A stretch of 64,000 nt of DNA. Origin: Adineta vaga. Lineage: Eukaryota; Animalia; Rotifera. Each line of letters starts with the position of its first letter. Within the stretch, counting starts at the first letter, position 1. Positions 11,575 to 23,759 of this stretch are shown piece by piece. The position numbers and the translations under genes were made by a program. Below the pieces are notes generated by a model. It did no database searches. It was not told the origin of the DNA and saw only the letters and a program-made list of their open reading frames with translations. Where the stretch lies: NCBI GenBank assembly GCA_021613535.1, contig CP075492.1, positions 7,564,001 through 7,628,000 on the forward strand, given 5' to 3'.

Positions 11575-14247
11575 ATGGCAACAGGAGAAAAAACACCGTA
11601 CGAAATTCTAGAGGTACCCAAAGATATTAGCTATGTTGAATTACGTACGATTTATCGAACGAAAATACATGAACATAAACAAAAAAAAATTTCGGCTATT
11701 AATTTTCGACGTATTTGTCGAGTATATGAAACTTTGTCTGATTTTAATAAACGTAAGATTTATGATACTCGACAAGAATGGATTTCTGAATTACCAATCG
11801 ATAAATATACTCCACAACAACTTGCTGCTGAACCTGATCTCATACGTGATTTAAAACAAAGATTACGTTATGCTAATTTAACAAAACTAAATGCACAAGA
11901 TCCTGACACTGGTCACACGCCACTGTATACGGCAGCTCGAGCTGGTAATATTGAAGCAGTGAAATTCTTAACTGAACAAGGAGCAGAACCAGATTTATGT
12001 CAACGAACAAAAAGTACAGCATTACATGTAGCAGCATTTTATGGACACGCAGATATTGTTCGTTGTCTATTGGAAAGTGGTGCTGATTATCGAATACTAA
12101 ATGTAAGTGATTATACAGCTGAAGATGAAGCATATAATAAAGATGTTGATCAAGTTTTTATTGAACTTAAAAAGAATGCTTATATACGTGCAGCAGCTAA
12201 TGAACTTGATTGGTTTCGAAAAAATGGTTTAAGTCAACATCAAGATACAGAATATTTTAGTCAACGTCAAACTCTATTACATTGTGCTAGTAAAAAAGGT
12301 TATCTTCAACTTGTACATTGGCTTGTTGAACAACAATCAGCTAATTTTGATCTTGTGGATAATAATGGAAATTCACCTTTACATCTTGCTGCTTATGGTG
12401 GACATACTGCAATTGTTGAGTATCTTTTAAACTCCGGTTGTGATTCAACACTTCAAAATCGATGGGGTACATCAGCGGAAGAAGAGGGTAACAAACATGG
12501 CCTTTCTATTACTAGTATTTTTCAACGTATGCGTGAACGTGATATGTTCGAAATGGCAAAGAAAGGTGTTAGTTGGTGGTTCTACTATTATTTTGATGAT
12601 ACATCTACAAAAGATATAAATGATGAAAATGGTACCAGTTTACTTTACTATGCATGTAGTTATGGACAATATGAAGTTGCAAAATGGTTATTAGAACATG
12701 GAGCAGATGTAAATATTCGAATGAAAAATAAACCAAGAAGTACACCATTGCATGGAGCAAACTATCGTGGTCATGTAAACATTGTTGAACTTTTACTGGA
12801 ATATAGAGCAGATGTTAATATTAAAAATGATTTTGGTGCAACTGTTTTCGAAGAAAAACCAGCGACTGATATCAATCAAGATTCAGCAACTCGTATAAGA
12901 ACTCTCTTAGATCAATACAAAAAGAATCTAAAAAGTGAAAAATTGATTGAAATTCATATCTACGACGATGATGGTAACGAAGAAAGTCCAATAGCAAAAG
13001 TACCAATTGGACTTAAGGCTGGATATGATGATCTATTAGAAGCATTATCAAATACCAATGCTAGTCAATATCAATACTTTTCTATTGCTCGTCGTGTGTT
13101 GGATTTTTCACCGAAAAATATAACGGTGATATCAGCCGTATGTCGTGCTCGATATACATCTTCAAGATTTATTGACACACCTATTCGTCTCATTGGTCAC
13201 AAGAAATTACCAACTGGATACTGCTATAGACAATCGACTCGTCCAGAAGCTCAAGTGGAACTTCGAGCATTTACTCGATCGTTTGAACATGATGCTAAAA
13301 AAGAATCTTATACACTGCAATCTCCATTGATACGAAAGAAAGAAATTAAGATTGAACATCTGTTACTAGCGTTCTCCGAACTATCTATTACCGATGAAAT
13401 CAAAGTTGAAATCTCTACATTATTCTCACCTGATCCAAATACCTTCAACATTCCTGGTTGCATTTGTCTATTCAGATTACAACTTTATGAAGATATTGAA
13501 AAATTGATTGAATTTCCAACTGTATCCATCATTAATGAACCACATGCTCGTTTATATACTTTAGCAACACCTACAGCATACTGGTTTACTTCCGATACTC
13601 GTCGAGTTCGCTTACCTACTATAGATGGTTTTCATGCATTTGTACATCATGCTATTATCATTCCTTATCATCTTACTTTACCAATCGACATGTTTATCGC
13701 AGCTGTATTGAATCAACCATTAATTTCAAAAAATAATCCCGTACCATGTACAAGTCTTAATCTTTATGAGCAAGGCAAAGACTCTTATCCGATGACTGCT
13801 TATCATGGAACAAGTATTAATATAATTCGGTCGATTCTTCTTGATGGACTTGTCGTACCTGGTACTCTAGTTAGCTGTGGAAAACGTATTAATCCACCAA
13901 AGAATCATATTGCACGTGATGTTTCCGCATTTCATATTCCTGATTTTGCCGCTGCGATCTTTCTCAGTCCTAGTATACATTATAGTTCTCATTCAACTTA
14001 CGCCATACCATTTTCAAATGGTGATCAACAATTGATACCTGTCTTAGAATGTCGAGTAAAGAATAAAAGTTATGAAACAATTCCGTGCACTACGCCACAA
14101 TACACTAAGCATCTAGGTGATGATCTTCAAACGATCGAATGGCGAATTAAAGATCCAGCAAATATTCAAATTCATGCTGTGTTATTTATTACCATGATTG
14201 ACTCGATAGCCGCATCGAAATCAGCAAGAATGACTAGAACAACTTAA
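11575..14247 (+). CDS. J-like domain + ankyrin repeat clusters + C-terminal NEURL4/PARP-like ADP-ribosyltransferase (890 aa, intronless)
   Basis: N-terminal TPYEILEV...YETLSD..KRKIYD (J-domain pattern, no HPD); ankyrin motifs TPLYTAA, TALHVAA, SPLHLAA, TPLHGA; C-terminal AYHGTS...FLSPSIHYS...VLECRV...IEW matching the NEURL4-type ART motif order. Confidence 0.85.
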   Translation: MATGEKTPYEILEVPKDISYVELRTIYRTKIHEHKQKKISAINFRRICRVYETLSDFNKRKIYDTRQEWISELPIDKYTPQQLAAEPDLIRDLKQRLRYANLTKLNAQDPDTGHTPLYTAARAGNIEAVKFLTEQGAEPDLCQRTKSTALHVAAFYGHADIVRCLLESGADYRILNVSDYTAEDEAYNKDVDQVFIELKKNAYIRAAANELDWFRKNGLSQHQDTEYFSQRQTLLHCASKKGYLQLVHWLVEQQSANFDLVDNNGNSPLHLAAYGGHTAIVEYLLNSGCDSTLQNRWGTSAEEEGNKHGLSITSIFQRMRERDMFEMAKKGVSWWFYYYFDDTSTKDINDENGTSLLYYACSYGQYEVAKWLLEHGADVNIRMKNKPRSTPLHGANYRGHVNIVELLLEYRADVNIKNDFGATVFEEKPATDINQDSATRIRTLLDQYKKNLKSEKLIEIHIYDDDGNEESPIAKVPIGLKAGYDDLLEALSNTNASQYQYFSIARRVLDFSPKNITVISAVCRARYTSSRFIDTPIRLIGHKKLPTGYCYRQSTRPEAQVELRAFTRSFEHDAKKESYTLQSPLIRKKEIKIEHLLLAFSELSITDEIKVEISTLFSPDPNTFNIPGCICLFRLQLYEDIEKLIEFPTVSIINEPHARLYTLATPTAYWFTSDTRRVRLPTIDGFHAFVHHAIIIPYHLTLPIDMFIAAVLNQPLISKNNPVPCTSLNLYEQGKDSYPMTAYHGTSINIIRSILLDGLVVPGTLVSCGKRINPPKNHIARDVSAFHIPDFAAAIFLSPSIHYSSHSTYAIPFSNGDQQLIPVLECRVKNKSYETIPCTTPQYTKHLGDDLQTIEWRIKDPANIQIHAVLFITMIDSIAASKSARMTRTT

Positions 14248-14433
14248 TTTTCAGATAATTAAGATATATAGTGGGACGTTGTTGCTTTTTATTTGTATTT
14301 TTTCGTGTTTTTTTACGATATTTAGCTATTATCGATAGATAAATGTTAAATCGAATTGAAATTCTGTGTCAAAGTTTCGATTTTATTTGAAAAAAGAAAC
14401 GCAATGAAGCAAAGAATGTCATATGAATCAGTA

Positions 14434-17400
14434 TTAGTTGAAAAAACATTGTGTTTGATACAAATTTGTTTTCGGTCCAACCTAGAGAAGAGATAAATAC
14501 GAAAGATCAATCGACATACAAATAAAACTTACTAATAATCGATCTGATTGCCAATTATTATTCTCATCAAGATAATAATAGCCTGATGAATAAAGTCTCA
14601 AATGATAACTTGATGTAAATTTTGAATTTTTATTTTCAATTGATATCATTCGAGTTGATTCAGTTAAGCAAAAATCATCGACTTCATGTTTAGTTAATTC
14701 TCGTACACCGAAAATAATCGAATGATGATTGATCAGTTTTTGATTATCGATATAATACGTATACATCTCTCTATCTGTTAAATCTAAAGAAGAAAAATTA
14801 TAATTTACAATAAACAAATTGATCAATGTTACTCATAGGACAAAATAAAGTTCGTCCATTGATTGTTCGAGAAAATTCATCGAAATAATAAACGATTAGA
14901 TAAGCAAGACTTCGATTCAAAGGATGCAATTCAAAATGTATAGAATTTGTTAATTGTTTATTGAGTTGAATTTGTGTTAAATTAATCAATTGATAATAAA
15001 ATGATTGATTCAACGACGCAACATTTTGTAGAATAAGTTTTGGTAAAATTAAATTTGGATCACGAGGAATAAGAAATTCCATTGGATAAATTCGTTTATC
15101 TATTCTCGATATTTCTTGTCCATATTGATTCACTAATGAAAGTGATATTGATCGAGATAGATTTGTATTTGATTGTGAATTGCCATGTGGAGCAAGTGGT
15201 TCAATTAATGTTCGAAGATACTCTGAAGATGTATACTTTTGTACTGACATAAAGACTGAAGATTTGTTCAAGAGAAACGTTTCATTAAGAGTCAAATGAA
15301 TATTTAATGATGATGATAATATTACACGTGTTTCTTCGATTTGTAATTCAATTGCATTTATTATTCGTTTTGGATCATGAAAATCATCGACCAGTGAGTC
15401 AGATGAACGAGAAAGATCCAAATCGAGAATAGTTGTTCGTTGTTGTAATGGACCATTGATAGCCTAAAGAATAATACACAAAGTATTTCCTAGTGCAACA
15501 CTATTTTTCTTACATTCAGTACATTCGAAGTACATTGAGTGAGTAAAGTTACTGCTTGTCGAATATCTTCATAGAGTATTTTTGTAGAAATAGATTGTAA
15601 TACTTTGGCTAATTCTTGACATTTTCTTGAAGCGATAAACTATTTTGTGAGAAAAAGATGAAATTTTAATAAGAGATGAACAATGAAGTTTATTTTTTAC
15701 CGAACTGAATTGTGTGAGTTCATTGGTAGTTTGAGTTAATTCAGCTAATGATGATGCTTGTAGTATGATACTATTAATACCAACTATCAATAAATTGACA
15801 GTATGATTAATCAAAAATTCACGAGCAATTGCAAAGGAATTGAGTTGTTTCTTATAATCATCTAAAATCGATTGATTGAATGGAATAGAAATCTATATGA
15901 TGATATATAAATAAACAAACAGAGGAATTGCAATTAGAACATAGACTGACTTGTGGTGATCGATGAGTTCCTAAAGATGAAACAGCAATACTGGAAATTG
16001 GAATGCCATCTACAAGAAAAAGAGATTATTTTACGTTTGAAATAAATAAATGTTCGCTAAGATTTACTTGAAACAACATTTTCTAAACTCTCACGATTAA
16101 TCTGATTCAATTCTTGTGAAACTAATATAATCGCTTGTCCAATCGTATTTTGATCTCCATTTTTGATTAACTGAGTAAAATAATTATTCGATTGTTGATA
16201 ATTATCAACAAACTCATATATTTTCGTTCTATCACTAAAAACTTCCATAGGTGCAATTGTATACTTAGTAGTGCATTTGAATCGATCTTCAATATAAACG
16301 ACAAGATTAACTAAACTGTTTTGATCATCTCCAGCCGGTATTCGAACTTGAAAGTTTGAAACAATACTAAATGCTATCATGATTGGTTCAGAATCATCTG
16401 TTATCCATACTGAGAAAAGAAAATATATCTTCTAAGCAGAATAAATAAGTAACTTTACCATAGAGAGAATAATCGTTAATTCCATCGTTATCGAACCAAT
16501 TTGGACAGGACACTGTAAATAATGCTGTTGTTGTACCTTTATCAGGACTGATCGAGCATGTACCATTTGATGGACATTGATTGATAAGAATAGAAATTGC
16601 ACTTGAACTTTGTCCTGATTGAAACGTGTAAAGAACTTCGAATTTCCAATTTTGAGACGGTTGAAGAAATAATGCATTGGTAATGATTAAATGATCGCTG
16701 TTTGCTTCTAAAGAATACAAATTTATATAACATCAAAATGAAGTAAATTGAAACGAACCAGATGACAAAGTCATAGCTGAAAATGAATTTATTGGATTAC
16801 GATAGATATTCCATAAGATACTTTTAACTGTCGGACATCCATCAAGACAAGTAGAAGATAAAGTAATACGAGTTGTTGGATTCGTTGATTGATATCCACG
16901 TGTTGGATTACATAGTGTCGGGATTATGCATCTAAAAAGAAACCGAAAAATAAACAAAGCAGACTATGATACTCAATCATTGAACTCAACGAATGTGAGT
17001 TGCTCTGTCGTGATCTAGTATGAACTTATACTTCTGCTTTGACATTCTGAATAAAAAGATCAAAGCTGTATTTGATATTTCAAAGAAGAAACTTGCCTAA
17101 TTGCTATTTTATATGCAATAGCTTTTTGCACGTGTACCGTTAAAGAGCCAGTATATTTCGATGCTCTATTTTTAAGATTGACGACATAAACCATGAATTG
17201 ATATGTTCGACTCGGTAATAAAGAACCAGCTGGTACTTTTACTGATGAAACCTGTGTTGTAGCACCTATGAAAAAAGAGTGACAAAAGAATATGAATTTC
17301 AACTTCCAAATCTGATCTTTTACCCAATCGTTCAAATAAACATGATGCATTGTTAAGAAAACCATGATTCCCATAAATTTGACAATAATATTCATAGTTT

Positions 17401-19059
17401 CAACTCTATTCAGAGAAAATATAGATAAAAACTCAATGAATCATATAAAACTTACATTTTCAACTATTGGATTTCCATCGATATCAGTTGAATATTTTCC
17501 TGGTTCAAGTAGAAGATCTTGTTCGAATCCATTCGTTATTTCTGACGTTCCAAATTGATCGAGATGAACAATAATAGGTTTCGATCGAATGATTTTCAAA
17601 TAAACTGATTTTGATGACGTTAAATTTGATGATGCAGTAGTCATACGAATTCTTAGTTTAATTTCATAGAAACCAATTGGATATGTATTTCCAGGAATAA
17701 AAAGTTCACTGAACATTGATGAATTTAATCTAACTGGATTAGCACAGTAGGATGAACAGTAATAAATTGTCCATTGACTAGTCGTAGAAAATACTTCTGA
17801 GCAATTGAACTTGATATTCGAATTAATACGAATATCTTCATGTTCTTTTATTTGTATTGGAGAAAAAAACGTGGTATGATTTGGAATCAATTCAATAGTT
17901 GCAGAATAACAAGCTACAAGTAGAAAATCGCGTACTTATCAAGATTACACTTGGATCTCTATAAATCGAAATGAAGCATGCATATGAGAGATTTTATCAT
18001 TCTTTTACTATACTATCATACATAAACCAATACTTACTACAAGAATTCACGGTAAAACTAAACTTTCGAATGTCAATAAGGCGATCTGCGACAAATATGT
18101 TTCCATAACTATCAAAAGCAAAGCTATATGAGGAGTCGATTTTGTCTATTTTCAAAAGACTATGTGAATATGTATCTGAATGCTCTAAATCGTCTAAGTA
18201 TAATCGAATAATCTGTTCTCTGTTATATTCCAAAATATACAAGTAATTATCGGCATCAATTAGAAGCCCCACCGGGTTATTGAGTTCAATACCAATTTCA
18301 CTACCAGCTATTGTTATTCCATTTACTTCTCCTGGTTTGAATAGTTGAATTCTATTATTACCAAAATCAGCCACATAGAGATCAAGATTAATATCAACAA
18401 AAATCCCATAGGGTTGAGAAAGGGTGTTCGATGCGTTGCCAGAAAAACCAGTACCCGCGCCAATTGTTGAACTATTACTATCATCTTTTAGAGAACTTTT
18501 CATTACTTTATGTAATTTTATCAGGGAACAGTAAAGTGTATCGTTAATATCCACGAAAACGCTATGACATGTGTCCTCTACATACATGACTGGTGCACCA
18601 CTAGTTGCCGAAAAAGTCCATCGATCTATTCTCCGATTTTGATAACCATTATCGATATAAACATCTTCATTATCTGTCACAAAAATGCCATGTGGCTCAA
18701 CACTAGAAATCGATCTTATATGATTGTCTTTTTTATTTAGCCACACCTGAACTATGTTTCTTCTCCAACTAGATACATATATCGTGTTATTAGTGGTAAT
18801 AAAAATACTATAAATTCCCTTAAATGGAAATATTCCCAGAACCAATTCACCTCGTAAATCCCAGCGTGCCATCGGACATAACTTTGGTTGATTGTACGAA
18901 ATACCTAAAAAACGAAAGAAAAAGAATAGACTACTTCTATGGATGAAAGAAAACATATGATTGTCAACGGAAAGATCGAACTACACGTGAAGCAAAACGA
19001 GCACCTGATATTTGGTAAATGGCGACAGCAAACACTACCATTCGAACAGACATTTTCAT
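14434..19059 (-). CDS. Secreted-type NHL-repeat + REJ + GAIN polycystin-1-like ectodomain gene, truncated at the GPS (possible pseudogene)
   Basis: Signal exon MKMSVRMVVFAVAIYQIS (ATG 19059); NHL propeller exon (PYGIFVD..LYVADFGNNRIQ); REJ-like motifs (NGTCSISPDKGT, CPNWFDNDGINDYSLY); GAIN/GPS-like YYLDENNNWQSD..|VGPKTNLYQTQCF, then TAA at 14434-14436. No PLAT or TM domains follow. Confidence 0.7.
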
Positions 19060-20234
19060 TAGAAACAAATAAAAATTTACAGTAGAACTTCTATCATTGT
19101 TATGTTTTACAAGAGCTTATAAATCTTCAGACAGAGATTATTTACTGCTTTTTCTTAGACACGTTGTTTTTGTATCAACTTTCTAGACATGACTTTAAAA
19201 TAAAAAAACGTACAGAAATTATCAACACAACACCCTGGTTCTGCAGGATTCTAAAGAATATCATGTTACTCAATTGTTTGATATTCAATACAGAATATTT
19301 ATTTTTTCGACCTGTAATCTGACATTATGAAACAACACTATTCGATCAATAATTGCCAGAACTAGACAGAGAGAAAACAGAAGTGATTTCCGGTAGTTGA
19401 CTTTATGTATCTTTAATAATAAATAAAAGTCAACAAGTATTATTATAATCTTTTCATAAATGACACGTATATATAGTTTTAAGAACAGATGTACTTGTGC
19501 AAGTGATCGTTTTCGATATTGTTTGAAAATATTTGACATCCACTGGGAAAATTAGAATATTTTTATGGAAATATGTTCTCGAAAAATACGAATGAAAGCT
19601 GTAATAAAGTTGCACAGAGACGAAAGTAATACTTCTTAAATAAGCAATGACGTATTTTTTGTAAAGCAGTTGAAAAAAAAACATGACACCTGAGAATATT
19701 GTCTGATTTATAATCATATCGAAGAAAGAAACATAATCCTAATACCTTACACCAAAGAACTATAGTGTAAAACGATCGTTAGATTCACAGAATGACAGTT
19801 ATTTTCTAAGATTAGAAAATCTTTGATTCAATCTGTCAAAAAACGAGCGTGGAAAGTAAGAATCAAACATTTTTTCTTACTAAATTTTTGTTTGTCATTC
19901 AGTATAGTTTTCAAATGAAATAAAAAGAACAATTCTTATAAAAAGTGAGATTATTTTTGTTATGATTTTTCAGTACATAATGTATTCAGAAGACGTCATA
20001 CAAGATGTTATTATCTATTACTAAATACATCGATAATAGGGCATCAGAAACATGGAAAAAAAACTTTGTTATGTTTCTCATTAAATTTGAAGTTCCTAAT
20101 TCAAGAACTAGTATTTTCTTAGAAATGAAAGAACAGTTAGGTACTAGAAGCGCAACTCTTTCTGTCTTTTTAGAAGACTTTTAGTTAGCAAAGAGTTATT
20201 AATAATCTTCTAGATTACGTGTTTTAATACATAA

Positions 20235-21113
20235 ATGTCTGCTCAATTATTCAATATTATCTTATATATTTGTATTATTATAAATATTTTTATTCGATTC
20301 AGTGTATCGATATCAGTTCTTCTTGTTATGTTTTATCATCGAATTAAAGTACGAAAACATCCAACTAATTATTTGTTATTAATTAATTCATATATTTGTT
20401 TAATCGGTGCCTCTCCAATAGTTCTTGATATGTATGTTCGTTCTATTTATGGATATTTCCATCCGGCAGTAACTTTTGATGAATTTTGGTGTCGATTCAA
20501 ATCTTATTTATTATATATTAATGGTAATGTTTATTTCTATTCTTTTCTTCTTCATAGTATTTATCATTTCTGTCGAATCGTTTATCATACAAGAAAGAAA
20601 TATCAATCATTTCGATTATATTTAATTCTATCTATGATTTTATGGATTAGTGGTTTTAGTCAATTATTACCTAGTTTAATTATAGGTCTAATTGATTATG
20701 TACAAAATTTATATTATTGTCAATTACGATTGACTTCTATTTCTCCATCATTGATTAATCTATCAATTTTATTTCTTGTTCCTTATATTTTCAGTATCAT
20801 TGTATACTTAAACACAATTTGTTACATTCGTAAACATAATCAAAAACTGAGTAGAATCATTCGACGAAAACATCGTCGTCATATGACTATCTTTCGAAGA
20901 CTCATTATTCTTTTCACATTGGTTACATTATCTGCTATGCAGCATATTCTCAATCCGGTGATTTATGTTCTTTTTGGTTATCTTCCATCATGGTCATATC
21001 CATTTAAATGGTTTTTAACAGTATTTCCATTGACTAGTATTGGAATTATTCAAATATTTATGTCACCATATTTACGACGATTATTTTTTCAAAAGAAAAA
21101 AATCAACATATAG
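20235..21113 (+). CDS. Orphan rhodopsin-like 7TM receptor (292 aa, intronless)
   Basis: Seven hydrophobic segments, ECL1 WC (FWCRFK), ECL2 Cys (YYCQL), TM7 SPY followed by a basic helix 8. Confidence 0.75.
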   Translation: MSAQLFNIILYICIIINIFIRFSVSISVLLVMFYHRIKVRKHPTNYLLLINSYICLIGASPIVLDMYVRSIYGYFHPAVTFDEFWCRFKSYLLYINGNVYFYSFLLHSIYHFCRIVYHTRKKYQSFRLYLILSMILWISGFSQLLPSLIIGLIDYVQNLYYCQLRLTSISPSLINLSILFLVPYIFSIIVYLNTICYIRKHNQKLSRIIRRKHRRHMTIFRRLIILFTLVTLSAMQHILNPVIYVLFGYLPSWSYPFKWFLTVFPLTSIGIIQIFMSPYLRRLFFQKKKINI

Positions 21114-21189
21114 AGTTTTGCAACCATTTAAAATTCAAACGGTAAAATTGTCAGTACTGTCGAACAGAAAATGTGACAGCTGCATTGAT

Positions 21190-21770
21190 GGGTTATATAT
21201 CATTGGATTTTGACTATAATTTTTTCAATTGTGGTGAAATAAATGGTAAAATTAATGAAACTAATAAAAGTGAACTTGAAGTTAATGTTCATTCTAGAGC
21301 TACATACCAAATCGAAGAAAATACATGTGGTAACGCGACTATAGTAACAATTGTTAGTAGAATAACTAGACGTTTGTTTTCGAACATGACTCATTGTCCA
21401 TATACAACAAAACATTGTTATACTATAGCGATGAAAAGAATGAAGATAAACTTGTGTTCGATAGAGAATTCGACATAATCGATAGATTGCTTGAAATGCA
21501 AATGAATGAAAAAATGGTACATCACCATCCGTTGAATGAAATATCCACGTATAGTTGTCCATAGATAGAATAGACGCTCATATCGATGAAAACGAAACCG
21601 AGAAAGAACAAGATAATATAAGTATTGGTATGAAGTATATAATCAATATGATGATCACGAAGAATTGCTCGACGTGATATTATGAGACAAAATACTATAA
21701 TTGATACTAATATCTGAAGTAATGAAAAGTAGATCGTTACGGGACAGAGAATAATATTAGGTATATGCAT
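21190..21770 (-). pseudogene. Degenerate paralog of the adjacent 7TM receptor
   Basis: TM1-2 present (HIDYILHTNTYI..DMSVYSIYG..FNGW*). TM3 remnant FFHSFAFQAIYRLCRILY lies in a second frame and TM6-7 remnant KRLVILLTIVTIVALPH...FISPQLKKL in another, with stops and large deletions. Confidence 0.7.
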
Positions 21771-22757
21771 TGAAATATACAGCTGTACAATAAAACCGAA
21801 GATAACTATTTGTGTAAATATCCGATATTGAAATTATCTGAGCAGAAGAACGATTTTGAATGTTCTAGTTATAAGAAATAAAAACTTATTTACACACACA
21901 CACACACCCTCACCCTCAAGATGCAAAGCGCGAGTTTTCTCCCCAAAGCGTGTTTAGCTTCCAGTGGATTTTCTTTACCGTCAAAATCGCTCATTCTTGT
22001 TTTCCTGAATAAAAATGAAGATAAGTATATAATCGTTTGTTTACAATGATCGTCGAAAAGAAAAACTAAACATAAAAATCATACTTGACATTCGATACTT
22101 TTGTAATGAGTATAATAATAAGTATCTTAAGTTTATAATAAAAAGGTCGAGAAATTCAACTGTTAAAAGAAACATCTACCTTAAAGTTTTATAAGAACAT
22201 TTTGAGTACGAAAGAATCTCATTAGATCATCGGTGACATTTAAAAGGAAACGATTTTCAGTACTTAGTGTCTTTGTCAAAAGATATCGAGTATTCAATAA
22301 TTTGCACTTCTTTAGACAGATCGAGATGTTATTTAAATGGAAAATAAATTAGAAATTTTGTCGAATAAAACTACATCTTATTCGTCTTCTATCCGAACAA
22401 TTTCAATTCAGTTGTTTTGCTTTTGCTACACTTTTAAAACTGCACAACTGTTTTACTCCGCCACTTATGTACATAATGCTTGATATTATGACGAACGATG
22501 ATTTTACGGAATTTTGAGATAACTCTCATTGATTTAAGACAAAAACCAATCATACTTTCAATTCTATCTATTGTCGCCACATTAGTTATCATCATATCAA
22601 CAAAATGCAAGGGCCTCCTTCTTCGATATATACCTGTATTTTATCATCGTTTACTGTTTAGAAGTCAAAACATCTCGATATACAGTCATATTTATGATAA
22701 AATAACATTCTGTATCGAATGATTAATATACAATTATTAACATAGATGATATTCTAG

Positions 22758-23759
22758 ATGCGATCAATTACTTTATTTACAGGTCAATTCGGTGATATTC
22801 CATTGGAAATACTTGCTGAAAAAGCTCATCAATGGGGTTTTGATGGCTTAGAACTAGGTGGACATCTTGATATTCATCGAGCGTCAACTGATCAAACATA
22901 TTGTCAAGAAATACTCTCTTTACTAGCCAAGAATAATTTAAAACTATTTGCTATATCAGCACATCTCGTTGGTCAAGCTGTATGTGATCATATTAATGAA
23001 CGACGTCATCGACCTATTTTACCAGCTCATGTTTGGGGTGATGGTAATCCTGAAGGTGTTAGAAAACGTGCAGCTGACGAAGTCATTGCTGCTGCTTATG
23101 CTGCAAAGAATTTAGGAATTAAAATCGTTACTGGTTTTACAGGTTCAAGTATTTGGCATCTACTCTATGGTTTTCCTCCGATTGATCCCGAACAAATCAA
23201 TGAAGGTTATGAAGACTTTGCTAAACGATGGAAACCAATTTTAGATGAATATCAAAAATGTGATGTTCATTTTGCGCTTGAAGTTCATCCAAGTGAAATT
23301 GCTTTTGATATTGTTAGTGCTGAACGAGCATTGGATGCGATCAAACATCATCCAGCATTTGGATTCAATTTTGATCCATCACATTTAGGATATCAAGGTG
23401 TTAATTATATTGAATTTTTACGCCGTTTCAAATCACGTATTTTTCATGTTCATATGAAAGATGTAGATTTTGATTGGAATCATCCTTGTGAAGCAGGTGT
23501 ATTTGGTGGTCATACAAATTTTGGTGATCCACGACGATTTTTTAATTTTCGTTCTCTTGGACGGGGAAAAATTGATTTTGAAAAAATTATTCGAACATTA
23601 AATCATATTAATTATCAAGGTCCACTATCAGTCGAATGGGAAGATGGAGATATGGACAGAGAAATGGGTGCTCAAGAAGCATTACAATATGCACGTCGAT
23701 TAGATTTTAAACGTGGAGATCAACAATTTGATGCAGCATTTAGCAAACAATCATGTTAG
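22758..23759 (+). CDS. Bacterial-type sugar phosphate isomerase/epimerase (xylose-isomerase-like TIM barrel, AP_endonuc_2/IolE-like family), intronless, HGT candidate
   Basis: ITLFTGQ, WGFDGLEL, WGDGNPEGVR, GFTGSSIW and FDAAFS, plus metal ligands in ALEVHP, NFDPSH, HVHMKD and SVEWED. These match the prokaryotic family over the full length. Confidence 0.92.
   Translation: MRSITLFTGQFGDIPLEILAEKAHQWGFDGLELGGHLDIHRASTDQTYCQEILSLLAKNNLKLFAISAHLVGQAVCDHINERRHRPILPAHVWGDGNPEGVRKRAADEVIAAAYAAKNLGIKIVTGFTGSSIWHLLYGFPPIDPEQINEGYEDFAKRWKPILDEYQKCDVHFALEVHPSEIAFDIVSAERALDAIKHHPAFGFNFDPSHLGYQGVNYIEFLRRFKSRIFHVHMKDVDFDWNHPCEAGVFGGHTNFGDPRRFFNFRSLGRGKIDFEKIIRTLNHINYQGPLSVEWEDGDMDREMGAQEALQYARRLDFKRGDQQFDAAFSKQSC

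Noticed and set aside
19060-20200. Short minus-strand ORFs 19285-19539 and 19454-19717
   Set aside because: AT-rich intergenic/promoter DNA with no motifs or splice continuity.
21522-21524. In-frame TGA after FNGW as selenocysteine or readthrough
   Set aside because: The downstream homologous sequence is in another frame and deleted; the TGA is a deletion-junction product in a pseudogene.
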